Assembly (NCBI GenBank): GCA_963664305.2
Contig: CAXXLV010000002.1
Location: 1,120,001-1,184,000, forward strand
Direction: 5' to 3'
DNA from: an uncultured Aliarcobacter sp.
GTDB lineage: Bacteria; Campylobacterota; Campylobacteria; Campylobacterales; Arcobacteraceae
DNA length: 64,000 nucleotides
The position numbers and the translations under genes are program-made. The number at the start of each line of letters is the position of its first letter. The first letter of the stretch is position 1. Below, one piece after another: positions 1 to 8,648 of the stretch. The notes below the pieces were generated by a model, which saw only the letters and a list, made by a program, of their open reading frames with translations, was not told the origin of the DNA and searched no databases.

Positions 1-186
1 TGTAAGGATTGTGTTTGAATTATCAAGGCTTAAAGATGTTCTTATTTTATCCTTTGGAAAAATACCTTCACCTATATTTAATAACTTTATATAGTTTTCA
101 TTATCGTTAAAATGATAGTGTCTTGAAGGAAGTTGTAATTTATCTAAAGAAAAAACCTCATCTTTAAAACTAAACTTTATACTCAT
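1..186 (-). CDS. ureD: Urease accessory protein UreD/UreH, N-terminal part (runs off window start)
   Basis: Not in the ORF track. Manual translation from ATG at 186 (AGGAG SD upstream) gives MSIKFSFKDEVFSLDKLQLPSRHYHFNDNENYIKLLNIGEGIFPKDKIRTSLSLDNSNTILT, resembling the UreD 'LLnxggGxxxgD...lT' segment. It lies downstream of and co-oriented with urtABCDE. Confidence 0.75.
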   Translation of the reverse strand, partial: MSIKFSFKDEVFSLDKLQLPSRHYHFNDNENYIKLLNIGEGIFPKDKIRTSLSLDNSNTILT

Positions 187-296
187 TTTTCTCCTAAAAA
201 TCACTCTTTAATCTATAAATATTTTATCAAAAAAAGATAGATTACTTTTTTTTCACCTGTATAAATATTATATAGTTTTTGCTTGTTGGATTTTGG

Positions 297-317
297 AAAA
301 ACAACACTAAAACAACA
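297..317 (+). promoter_or_regulatory. 21-bp site AAAAACAACACTAAAACAACA (tandem AAAACAACA, 11-bp period); exact inverted copy at 6807-6827
   Basis: Read directly from the sequence. A TTTAAT hexamer follows after 9 nt, the same spacing as TATACT at the urtA copy. Confidence 0.6.
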
Positions 318-390
318 ATCATATCCTTTAATTATTATAATTTATACAATTATAATGATAAAATCAAAATAAAAAATATAGGACTCTGTT

Positions 391-1161
391 ATGTTTGAAA
401 ATTTTACATCCTCTGCAAAAGATTTAGCAAAAAATCCTTTAGGGATTATTGCACTCTTTATAGTTTTAGTATATGGGTTTGCATGTTTATTATTTGGTTT
501 TTCTGCTGAAAAGTTAATTAGCCAAGAAAGAATGCCTATTATATATTTTGTTATATTATTTCCCATAGCAATTTTAATATTGTTTGGCTGGTTAGTATCA
601 AAACATCACGATAAACTCTACGCTCCTTCGGATTTTAAAGATGATAAATCTTTTTTAGCAACAATAAATCAAAATAAAATAAAAAATATAAGTAACCATG
701 AACTTAATATTGAAGATTTAATTAATTATGGACGAGATTTTGAAATTGTAACTGAGAATGAAGAAAATATAAAAAAATCACTTATAGAAAAGAATTTAAT
801 CACTAATTTAGAAGATCCTACTATCAAAGTCTTAATTAGACAATTAGCTGTAAGTCAGGTGCTAACTTGGTTTGAAAAAACATATAATATAATATTTGGT
901 AGCCAAATTAGAATTTTATTACATGGAGAGAATAATACAGACTTTCTAATAGACAAAGATTATATTTTAGGAACATTTGAAGCTACTAAAGAAATATACA
1001 AAGATATATATAAAGATTGGCAAATCAATGATTACTTAAAATTTTTACTAGAAAGCAATTTATTAGAGAAAAGAAATGAAAATTTCATACTAACTACAAG
1101 AGGAAAAGAATTTTTAAGAATGATGAAAAATTCAAATTACTCAGAATATAAAAGTCTTTAA
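391..1161 (+). CDS. Hypothetical membrane protein (2 N-terminal TM helices, helical/wHTH-like C-terminus)
   Basis: 256-aa ORF with AGGA SD, hydrophobic segments at about aa 17-37 and 49-69, and C-terminal 'YLKFL..NLLE...LTTRGKEFL'. Confidence 0.7.
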   Translation: MFENFTSSAKDLAKNPLGIIALFIVLVYGFACLLFGFSAEKLISQERMPIIYFVILFPIAILILFGWLVSKHHDKLYAPSDFKDDKSFLATINQNKIKNISNHELNIEDLINYGRDFEIVTENEENIKKSLIEKNLITNLEDPTIKVLIRQLAVSQVLTWFEKTYNIIFGSQIRILLHGENNTDFLIDKDYILGTFEATKEIYKDIYKDWQINDYLKFLLESNLLEKRNENFILTTRGKEFLRMMKNSNYSEYKSL

Positions 1162-1169
1162 TTCTTAAC

Positions 1170-1206
1170 TAATTTGTGAATATATGATTTATATATTCAC
1201 AAATTA
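1170..1206. terminator. Bidirectional hairpin between convergent genes
   Basis: taatttgtgaatatat-gattt-atatattcacaaatta, a perfect 16-bp stem. Confidence 0.7.
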
Positions 1207-1225
1207 AGTATTAAATAAAAAAACT

Positions 1226-1921
1226 CTAAACCGACATATACTTCCTAATAATTTCATCACTAAGTTGCCCTATTTCACCATTTGCAACTACACTTCCCCT
1301 ATCAAGGACATAAAAATCATCACCATGTCGTCTAGCAAATGGTAGTTTTTGCTCAACTAACATAACAGTTATTTGCTCTTCTTTTGTAAGATAATCAATA
1401 ACCTCTCCAATTTGAGCTACGATATTTGGTTGTATTCCTTCACTTGGTTCATCAAGTATTAAAAAATCTGGGTCAATACATAAAGCTCTTGCGATTGCCA
1501 ATTGTTGTTGTTGACCTCCACTTAAATCTCCACCTTTTCTTTTTTGCATATCTTTTAAAACTGGAAATAAATCATAGATTTTATCTGGAACTTTTTTTAT
1601 TTTATGTCTATTTGACATAACTCCTATTTGAAGATTTTCCAAAACTGTTAATTGAGAAAATATCTCTCTTCCTTGTGGTACATAACCTATTGCAATACTT
1701 GCACGTTTATGGTCAGGAAGTTTTGAAATATCAGTATCATTATAGATTAGTCCTCCATCTTTTATTGGAAGTAAACCCATGATAACTTTACTTAAAGTTG
1801 TTTTTCCAACTCCATTTCTTCCCATAACACAAGTACATCTACCTTTTTTAAACTCTAAGTTTAAATCCCAAAGAGTGTGACTTTGTCCATAAAATTGATT
1901 TACTTTTTCTATTTTTAACAT
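1226..1921 (-). CDS. urtE: Urea ABC transporter ATP-binding subunit UrtE
   Basis: Walker A GRNGVGKT, GYVPQGREIF, LSGGQQQQLAIARAL and LDEPSEGIQPNIV; last gene of the urt operon. Confidence 0.93.
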   Translation of the reverse strand: MLKIEKVNQFYGQSHTLWDLNLEFKKGRCTCVMGRNGVGKTTLSKVIMGLLPIKDGGLIYNDTDISKLPDHKRASIAIGYVPQGREIFSQLTVLENLQIGVMSNRHKIKKVPDKIYDLFPVLKDMQKRKGGDLSGGQQQQLAIARALCIDPDFLILDEPSEGIQPNIVAQIGEVIDYLTKEEQITVMLVEQKLPFARRHGDDFYVLDRGSVVANGEIGQLSDEIIRKYMSV

Positions 1922-1923
1922 CA

Positions 1924-2712
1924 CTATTCTCCTAGATATACTTTTCGTACTTTTTCATTGTTTTGTATTGCATCCATACTTCCTTCTGCAAGTACAGACC
2001 CTTCATGTAAAACAGTTACTTTTTTTGCAATACTTCTAATAAACTCCATATCATGCTCAACTACAACTACCGCATTTTCTTTTGATAAACTTGTTAAAAT
2101 CTCTGCTGTTTTTTCAACCTCTTGTGGTGTCATTCCTGCAACTGGTTCATCTACAAGTAAAAGTTTTGGCTCTTGCATGATTAACATACCGATTTCTAGC
2201 CACTGTTTTTGACCATGAGATAATATTCCAGCTTGTTGGTTATATAACTCTTTTAAACCTATTAGTTTCATAGTCTCTTCGATTTTATCTTTTTGCTCTG
2301 TTCTTAGTTTTGAAAAAAGTGTTTTAAAAAATCTTTTATCGTCTTTCATTGCAAGTTCAAGATTTTCAAAAACTGTATGATTTGCAAAAACTGTTGGTTT
2401 TTGAAACTTTCTTCCAATTCCAATTTGAGCGATACTTGGTTCATCCATAGAAAGTAAATCTACTGCTTCACCAAATACAACTTGTCCCTCATCTGGTTTT
2501 GTTTTACCTGTAACTACGTCCATCATAGTTGATTTTCCAGCTCCATTTGCACCAATAATACATCTTAGTTCCCCATAATTTATAGAAAAACTAAGATTAT
2601 TTAAGGCTTTAAAACCATCAAAACTAACACTAACACCATCAACTAATAGGATTCTATCACCTATTTTTAAATCACCTATTCTTTGTTCATTATCATGTTT
2701 TAATAGTCTCAT
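1924..2712 (-). CDS. urtD: Urea ABC transporter ATP-binding subunit UrtD
   Basis: GANGAGKST, GIGRKFQKPTVF, LSHGQKQWLEIGM. Confidence 0.93.
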   Translation of the reverse strand: MRLLKHDNEQRIGDLKIGDRILLVDGVSVSFDGFKALNNLSFSINYGELRCIIGANGAGKSTMMDVVTGKTKPDEGQVVFGEAVDLLSMDEPSIAQIGIGRKFQKPTVFANHTVFENLELAMKDDKRFFKTLFSKLRTEQKDKIEETMKLIGLKELYNQQAGILSHGQKQWLEIGMLIMQEPKLLLVDEPVAGMTPQEVEKTAEILTSLSKENAVVVVEHDMEFIRSIAKKVTVLHEGSVLAEGSMDAIQNNEKVRKVYLGE

Positions 2713-2713
2713 C

Positions 2714-3823
2714 TTAAGCCTTTTTTACTTTTGATTTAAACATTGTAAATATTCCAACTACACCTTTTGGAAGATATAGAGTAACTACAACAAAAAGTGC
2801 ACCTAAAGCATATAACCAAACTTCTGGAAGAGCTGATGTAAAATATGTACTTGCAAAACTTACAACTATTGCACCTATTATTGCTCCATAAAGAGTACCT
2901 CGTCCTCCAATTGCAACCCAAATAACAAGTTCAATAGAAAATAAAGGTGAAAAAACCCCAGGATTTATTATTCCTACTTGTGGAACATAAAGAGCTCCAG
3001 CAATTGCAGCTAATATTGCAGATACAACAAAAATAAAAAGTTTATATTGTTCTACTTTATATCCTAAAAATCTCACCCTACTTTCAGCATCTCGAATAGA
3101 AATAACAACTCGTCCAAGACGTGAATTTATAATAAATCTACAAAGTAAATATCCTAAAGTTAAAGCTATAAAAGTGATGATTAATAGTGATACTCTTGTA
3201 GTATCAGCTGATAAATCAAAACCTAAAATATCTTTAAAATCTGTCAGACCATTATTTCCACCAAATCCCATATCATTTCTAAAGAAAGCTAACATAAGTG
3301 CATAAGTTAAAGCTTGTGTTATGATTGAAAGATAAACTCCAGTTACCCTACTTTTAAATGCTAACCATCCAAAAATAAAAGCTAAAAGTGCTGGAACAAA
3401 CATAACCATCAAAAAAGCAAATAAAGGATTATCAAAACCTAACCAAAACCAAGGTAACTCTTTTAGATTCATAAACACCATAAAATCAGGCATTTCTGGA
3501 TTTCCATAAACTCCTCTTTCACCAATTTGACGCATAAGATACATAGCCCAAGCATAACCTCCAAGAGCAAAAAATGCTCCATGACCAAGGCTTAAAACTC
3601 CTAAATATCCCCATACTAAATCAAGAGCAAGAGCAAGTAATGCAAATGCTAAATATTTTCCTAAAATTGTAACTGTAAAAGTCGAAATATAAAAAATCGA
3701 ATCATTTGGAACAAATAAATTACAAAATGAAACTACAAATACTACAACAGCAAGAGATGATAAAACTATTTTCCCACCTTTATCATTTTGCATAATTTTT
3801 AAAATTAATGGTTGCTTTTTCAT
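2714..3823 (-). CDS. urtC: Urea ABC transporter permease UrtC
   Basis: LDLVWGYLGVLSLGHGAFFALGGY, PDFM, GVYLSIITQAL, GGNNGLTDF. Confidence 0.93.
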   Translation of the reverse strand: MKKQPLILKIMQNDKGGKIVLSSLAVVVFVVSFCNLFVPNDSIFYISTFTVTILGKYLAFALLALALDLVWGYLGVLSLGHGAFFALGGYAWAMYLMRQIGERGVYGNPEMPDFMVFMNLKELPWFWLGFDNPLFAFLMVMFVPALLAFIFGWLAFKSRVTGVYLSIITQALTYALMLAFFRNDMGFGGNNGLTDFKDILGFDLSADTTRVSLLIITFIALTLGYLLCRFIINSRLGRVVISIRDAESRVRFLGYKVEQYKLFIFVVSAILAAIAGALYVPQVGIINPGVFSPLFSIELVIWVAIGGRGTLYGAIIGAIVVSFASTYFTSALPEVWLYALGALFVVVTLYLPKGVVGIFTMFKSKVKKA

Positions 3824-3826
3824 ATC

Positions 3827-5431
3827 TTAATCCTCAACATCTCTTCCCTTTTGTGGGAAAAGCCCTCTTGGTTTTTTCTGAATAAATAGTATTATGAATA
3901 CTAAAATAATAACTTTTGCTAAAACTGCCCCAGCAACTGGTTCGATAAATTTATTTATTTCTCCTAGTGAAAATGCTGCTATTAAAGTTCCCCATAAATT
4001 TCCAACTCCACCAAACACAACTACCATAAAACTATCTACGATATATGCTTGTCCAAGATTTGGTCCAACATTTGTTAGTTGAGATAAAGCAACTCCTGCA
4101 ACTCCTGCAATTCCAGAACCAATTCCAAATGTTATTGCATCAATGTAACTTGATTTTATTCCCATTGCACGGGCAATTGGTCTATTTTGAGAAACAGCTC
4201 TAACTTTTAATCCTAAACTTGTTTTTTTCATCACATATAAAATTGCTAAAAATACTATGATTGAAAAAATCACTATATAAAGTCTATTATATGTAAGTGA
4301 TAAAGCACTATTTATTTCCCATGCCCCACTCATCCATGATGGAGTTTTTACCTCTTGGTTAAGTGGTGAAAATATTGTTCTAACTACTTGTTGTAAAATC
4401 AAACTTATCCCAAAAGTTGCAAGTAATGTTTCAAGTGGTCTTCCATATAAATGTCTAATAACTAATCTTTCAATTAAAATTCCAACTAATGCACTTACAA
4501 TAAATGCACAAGGAATTGCTATGATAATTGAATATTCGATTAGATTTGGCATTAATTGTTGAATTGTATATGTTGTGTATGCTCCAATCATGATTAGTTC
4601 ACCATGAGCCATATTTATAACTTTCATAACTCCAAAAGTAATAGCAAGACCAATTGCGGCTAAAAGTAAAACTGAACCTTGAGAAAGTCCAAAAAACGCA
4701 GTTTCGATAAACGAATAAAAACTTCTAGAACTCTCTATTGAAGATATTGATTTTGAAGCTGCTTTTTTTAATTCTTCATTTGAATTGTTTGATTCTAAAA
4801 TCTCTTTTAAAGTTGCTAATGAACTAGAAGAGATATAATCACTTAATTTCTCAATTGCATTTAATTGCACTTCATCTGTATAATATTTTGCTTGAATTAT
4901 ATATTTTGCTTCTAATAAAAGCTCTTTTATATCTTCATCACTCTCTTTATCTAAAGCTTTTAAGATAACAGTTTCATCATCTTTAGTAACATTTTGTAAA
5001 ATATTTTTAGCTGATGTTTCTCTTTTATTTATATCTTTAGAGAAAAGATTTATTTGAGCAAGTAAGCTTTTTATAACACTTCTTAATTTATTGTTAGTTT
5101 TAACTTTTTCAAATCCTGATTCATCAAGTTTTTCTAAATCATTTCCACTAATCAAAGATTTAGTGTATAAACTATTTTCTTCCTTTTTAACTAATACAAC
5201 AACATCTTTATCATCATTTTTGATGAATAAATCTCCATCAAGCATTTTAGATAAAAGTAAAGTTAATCTATCATCTTCTATATAATTATTTGCAAGTTGA
5301 GTTACAATATTTTCTTTTTCATTAAAATTTTTGCCGTCTATTGCTTTTAAATCTTCTTCAAATGTTGAAGAAAAAAGAGATGATAGGAATAATAAATTAA
5401 GAAAAATTATTTTAAAAATTGAAAATTTCAT
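3827..5431 (-). CDS. urtB: Urea ABC transporter permease UrtB with N-terminal periplasmic HEAT-like extension
   Basis: GSVLLLAAIGLAITFGVMKVINMAHGE, RPLETLLATFG; signal peptide and long helical N-terminal domain. Confidence 0.92.
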   Translation of the reverse strand: MKFSIFKIIFLNLLFLSSLFSSTFEEDLKAIDGKNFNEKENIVTQLANNYIEDDRLTLLLSKMLDGDLFIKNDDKDVVVLVKKEENSLYTKSLISGNDLEKLDESGFEKVKTNNKLRSVIKSLLAQINLFSKDINKRETSAKNILQNVTKDDETVILKALDKESDEDIKELLLEAKYIIQAKYYTDEVQLNAIEKLSDYISSSSLATLKEILESNNSNEELKKAASKSISSIESSRSFYSFIETAFFGLSQGSVLLLAAIGLAITFGVMKVINMAHGELIMIGAYTTYTIQQLMPNLIEYSIIIAIPCAFIVSALVGILIERLVIRHLYGRPLETLLATFGISLILQQVVRTIFSPLNQEVKTPSWMSGAWEINSALSLTYNRLYIVIFSIIVFLAILYVMKKTSLGLKVRAVSQNRPIARAMGIKSSYIDAITFGIGSGIAGVAGVALSQLTNVGPNLGQAYIVDSFMVVVFGGVGNLWGTLIAAFSLGEINKFIEPVAGAVLAKVIILVFIILFIQKKPRGLFPQKGRDVED

Positions 5432-5453
5432 TTTTTAGTCCTATGTAGATTTA

Positions 5454-5479
5454 ATAAAGAAGAGAAAACTCTTCTTTAT
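5454..5479 (-). terminator. Intra-operon hairpin between urtA and urtB
   Basis: ataaagaagag-aaaa-ctcttctttat, an 11-bp stem. Confidence 0.6.
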
Positions 5480-5486
5480 ATTTTTA

Positions 5487-6761
5487 TTAGTAGTTTTGTC
5501 CTGAACATTTTTTTGTTACAGTATTATAGTTACCACAATTAATTGGAGCTGTCCAATCAGAGATTACATCTTTTGATGATGGTAAGAAATCAGACCAAGC
5601 GTCACCTGCTACTTCTTTTGTAGAGAATACAGTTTCAAATTGACCATCTTCTTGAATTTCACCAATTAAAACTGGTTTTGTAATATGGTGATTTTTTAAC
5701 ATAGTTGCTGTTCCACCAGTTAAGTTTGGAACAGATAATCCAACGATTGCTTCATTTACTTTATCAACATTTGTAGTTCCTGCTTTTTCAACAGCTTTTA
5801 CCCAAAGATTAAATCCAATATATGTAGCTTCCATTGGGTCATTTGTAACTCTTTTTTCATCTTTGATGAATTTTTTCCAAGTTGCAATAAATTTGTCATT
5901 TTCTGGAGTTTTCACGCTTTCAAAATAGTTCCAAGCAGCTAAATGTCCAACTAGAGGTTTTGTATCAATTCCTGAAAGTTCTTCTTCACCAACAGAAAAT
6001 GCAACAACTGGAATATCTTCAGATTTAATACCTTGATTTCCTAACTCTTTATAAAATGGAACATTTGCATCGCCATTGATAGTTGAAACAACAGCCGTTT
6101 TAACACCAGTTGAACCAAATTTTTTGATATCACTTACAATTGATTGCCAATCTGAATGTCCAAATGGCGTATAGTTAATCATAATATCTTCTTTTTTAAC
6201 ACCTTTAGAGATTAAATATGCTTCTAAGATTTTGTTTGTAGTTCTAGGATATACATAGTCAGTTCCTGCTAGTACAAATCTTTTTACTCCCATATCTTTC
6301 ATAAGATAATCAACTGCTGGAATTGCTTGTTGGTTTGGCGCAGCACCTGTATAGAATACATTTTTAGAAGACTCTTCACCTTCATATTGAACTGGATAGA
6401 ATAATAATCCATTTAACTCTTCAACAACAGGAAGAACAGATTTTCTTGAAACTGATGTCCAACAACCAAAAGTTACATCAACTTTATCTTTTGTTAAAAG
6501 TCCTCTCATTTTTTCAGCAAAAAGTGGCCAATTTGAAGCTGGGTCAACAACAACTGGTTCTAGTTTTTTACCTAAAACTCCACCTTTTTTGTTTTGCTCT
6601 TCAATTAACATTAAAACTGTATCTTTTAGTGTTGTTTCACTAATTGCCATAGTTCCTGAAAGAGAGTGTAAAACTCCAACTTTGATAGTATCAGCAGCGT
6701 GAACTAACATTCCACCTAATAATGCTGATGTAACGATTGCTTTTGCAAATATTTTTCTCAT
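5487..6761 (-). CDS. urtA: Urea ABC transporter substrate-binding protein UrtA
   Basis: IKVGVLHSLSGTMAISE, FGCWTSVSRKSVLPV, FYPVQYEG, GTDYVYPRTTN; signal peptide; AGGAG SD 7 nt before ATG 6761. Confidence 0.95.
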   Translation of the reverse strand: MRKIFAKAIVTSALLGGMLVHAADTIKVGVLHSLSGTMAISETTLKDTVLMLIEEQNKKGGVLGKKLEPVVVDPASNWPLFAEKMRGLLTKDKVDVTFGCWTSVSRKSVLPVVEELNGLLFYPVQYEGEESSKNVFYTGAAPNQQAIPAVDYLMKDMGVKRFVLAGTDYVYPRTTNKILEAYLISKGVKKEDIMINYTPFGHSDWQSIVSDIKKFGSTGVKTAVVSTINGDANVPFYKELGNQGIKSEDIPVVAFSVGEEELSGIDTKPLVGHLAAWNYFESVKTPENDKFIATWKKFIKDEKRVTNDPMEATYIGFNLWVKAVEKAGTTNVDKVNEAIVGLSVPNLTGGTATMLKNHHITKPVLIGEIQEDGQFETVFSTKEVAGDAWSDFLPSSKDVISDWTAPINCGNYNTVTKKCSGQNY

Positions 6762-6791
6762 CACAAGTCTCCTTTTTTTATTTCTAAACGA

Positions 6792-6827
6792 AGTATAAAA
6801 AAGAAGTGTTGTTTTAGTGTTGTTTTT
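6792..6827 (-). promoter_or_regulatory. urtA promoter: 21-bp tandem-repeat site followed 9 nt later by a TATACT -10 box
   Basis: The minus strand reads AAAAACAACACTAAAACAACA-cttcttttt-TATACT...AGGAG...ATG. Confidence 0.6.
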
Positions 6828-6953
6828 GGTGTGAGTTGGGAATGGTTGGTGTATAGAATTTAGACAAAGGGCATTTTTATAATTTTCTCTTACTAGATTG
6901 ATTTTATTACTTTTAATATATAATTTAAAATAATTAAATATTAGGAATAAAAA

Positions 6954-7451
6954 ATGGAATCAGCTTTATGGGGATTTTTAGGAACACTTGTTGGGGTAGT
7001 TAGTAGTGTAAGTACAACATATTTAACTAACAAAAAATCTATTGATTTACAAAAAGATGCTGATTTATTAAAGCGGAATGAACTTTTAAGAGCATTTCAA
7101 AGAGAAACTCTTTTAAATCTTCAGGATACACTTTATGAAACGATGCGTTTAATTGGACAAATACATCTGGAAGATACTCATAATTATAAAAAAACTGGAA
7201 TTTGGGGGAAATCAAAATTTAGTGAAGACATTAATGAAAATTTTATGCTTTCAATGAGAAAAATAAGTATATTGAAAGAACGTATATCAAATAATCAATT
7301 ACGACTAAATCTTGACGACTTACATCAAAATTTAAACAAACCTTTCTTCGCAAAATCAGAAGAAGAATCTTTTATATTGTTCCAAAATATTCTCGATAAG
7401 TTTCAATCTTTTATGAAAGAATTAGGTCTTATTCTAAGAGAAAATTATTAA
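6954..7451 (+). CDS. Hypothetical protein with single N-terminal TM anchor
   Basis: 165-aa ORF with AGGA SD and hydrophobic 'ALWGFLGTLVGVVSSVSTTYL' followed by a helical domain. Confidence 0.7.
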   Translation: MESALWGFLGTLVGVVSSVSTTYLTNKKSIDLQKDADLLKRNELLRAFQRETLLNLQDTLYETMRLIGQIHLEDTHNYKKTGIWGKSKFSEDINENFMLSMRKISILKERISNNQLRLNLDDLHQNLNKPFFAKSEEESFILFQNILDKFQSFMKELGLILRENY

Positions 7452-7452
7452 C

Positions 7453-7520
7453 TATTTTCATTTTTTGGTTACTCAAAATGAGTATGAATCTTTAAGGTCA
7501 CAATTTGTGACCTTAAAACA
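7453..7520 (+). pseudogene. Putative remnant of an ORF6N-domain gene containing a 27-bp palindrome (7491-7517)
   Basis: Translates YFHFLVTQNEYESLRSQFVTLK, resembling the recalled ORF6N segment FMFQLTxEExxxLRSQFVTL. The palindrome is tttaaggtcacaa-t-ttgtgaccttaaa. No ATG start and no full ORF. Confidence 0.55.
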
Positions 7521-7563
7521 AATAATTTTAAATTTAACCTCAAAAAAGACAATCTTAAAAAAG

Positions 7564-7582
7564 TATGGTAAAATATGGTAAA
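7564..7582 (+). promoter_or_regulatory. ccdAB promoter/operator: direct repeat TATGGTAAA x2 overlapping an extended -10 (TGgTAAAAT)
   Basis: Copies at 7564-7572 and 7574-7582, directly abutting the AAGGAG SD. Confidence 0.5.
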
Positions 7583-7591
7583 GGAGTTATT

Positions 7592-7834
7592 ATGACTAGA
7601 AAAATGACTATAACTTTAGAAGATGAGATTCTTACAAATCTTGATGAATTTGCCCTAAAAAATGGGAAAAAGAAAACTCAAATCATAAGAGAAGCTTTAA
7701 CAAACTACTTAAATATCTCTTCAAAAGATGATAAAAAAAAGCAGTGGGAAGATGAAAATAAAGAGGCTATAAACTCTTATAACAAAATGGTTGATGAAGA
7801 TGGACTAATACTAAAACATAGTAGGATGTTTTGA
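7592..7834 (+). CDS. ccdA: CcdA-family antitoxin (RHH N-terminus)
   Basis: RHH pattern 'MTITLEDEIL...KKKTQIIREAL' plus CcdA C-terminus 'QWEDENKEAINSYNKMVDEDG...RMF'. AAGGAG SD before ATG 7592; TGATG overlap with ccdB. Confidence 0.88.
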   Translation: MTRKMTITLEDEILTNLDEFALKNGKKKTQIIREALTNYLNISSKDDKKKQWEDENKEAINSYNKMVDEDGLILKHSRMF

Positions 7835-8139
7835 TGGCTCAATTTGATGTTTATAAAAATGAAAATGAACTAACAAATCAAAAAGTGCCATATCTTTTAG
7901 ATATCCAAAATGATATTTTAGACTCTATAAACACAAGAGTTGTAATACCTCTTGTAAGAGATAAAAATGATTTTAAAGGTTTAACAAAAGAGTTTATTAT
8001 AGAAAATAAAAAAGTTTATTTGACAACTTCTCAAATGGGTGCTGTTCATAAAAATGAACTAAAAACAAAAATTACAACTTTGATAAATCAAAAAGAAGAG
8101 ATAAAAAACTCAATTGATTTTTTGATTTATGGATTTTAA
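7834..8139 (+). CDS. ccdB: CcdB-family gyrase poison toxin
   Basis: MAQFDVY, PYLLDIQNDIL, TRVVIPL, C-terminal 'IKNSIDFLIYGF'. Confidence 0.92.
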   Translation: MAQFDVYKNENELTNQKVPYLLDIQNDILDSINTRVVIPLVRDKNDFKGLTKEFIIENKKVYLTTSQMGAVHKNELKTKITTLINQKEEIKNSIDFLIYGF

Positions 8140-8151
8140 AAAGGAAAACAA

Positions 8152-8565
8152 ATGATAAAAACGCCATTTCTAGCAGTTGATGGAATAATAAAGCTTTATG
8201 ATGAAAATGAAAATTTTCAAGGAATTGTTTTGATTGAAAGATTAAATAAACCTCTAGGAGTTGCCATTCCTGGTGGATTTGTGGATATTGGAGAAACTGT
8301 TGAAAATGCAGTTGTTCGAGAGATGAAAGAGGAAACTTCTTTGGATATAACAATTGAATCGCTTCTTGGAGTTTATTCAGACCCAAAAAGAGATGAAAGA
8401 TTTCATACAGCTTCTGTTGTTTATGTTTGTAAAGCTTATGGAAAACCTATTGCACAAGATGATGCAAAAGAGGTTTATGTTTATAAATTAGATGAAATTC
8501 CACTTGATAAATTGGTTTTTGACCATAAAAAAATCATTTTGGATTTTTTAGAAACTGATTTATAA
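8152..8565 (+). CDS. NUDIX hydrolase
   Basis: Nudix box GGFVDIGETVENAVVREMKEETSL; YSDPKRDER; FDH. Confidence 0.92.
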   Translation: MIKTPFLAVDGIIKLYDENENFQGIVLIERLNKPLGVAIPGGFVDIGETVENAVVREMKEETSLDITIESLLGVYSDPKRDERFHTASVVYVCKAYGKPIAQDDAKEVYVYKLDEIPLDKLVFDHKKIILDFLETDL

Positions 8566-8648
8566 ATCAAAAAAGAGTCTTTTATGAGTAATTTTACTGA
8601 TATTATTTATTAAATAATAATTATTTAATATTAAAATCAGGATAATTT

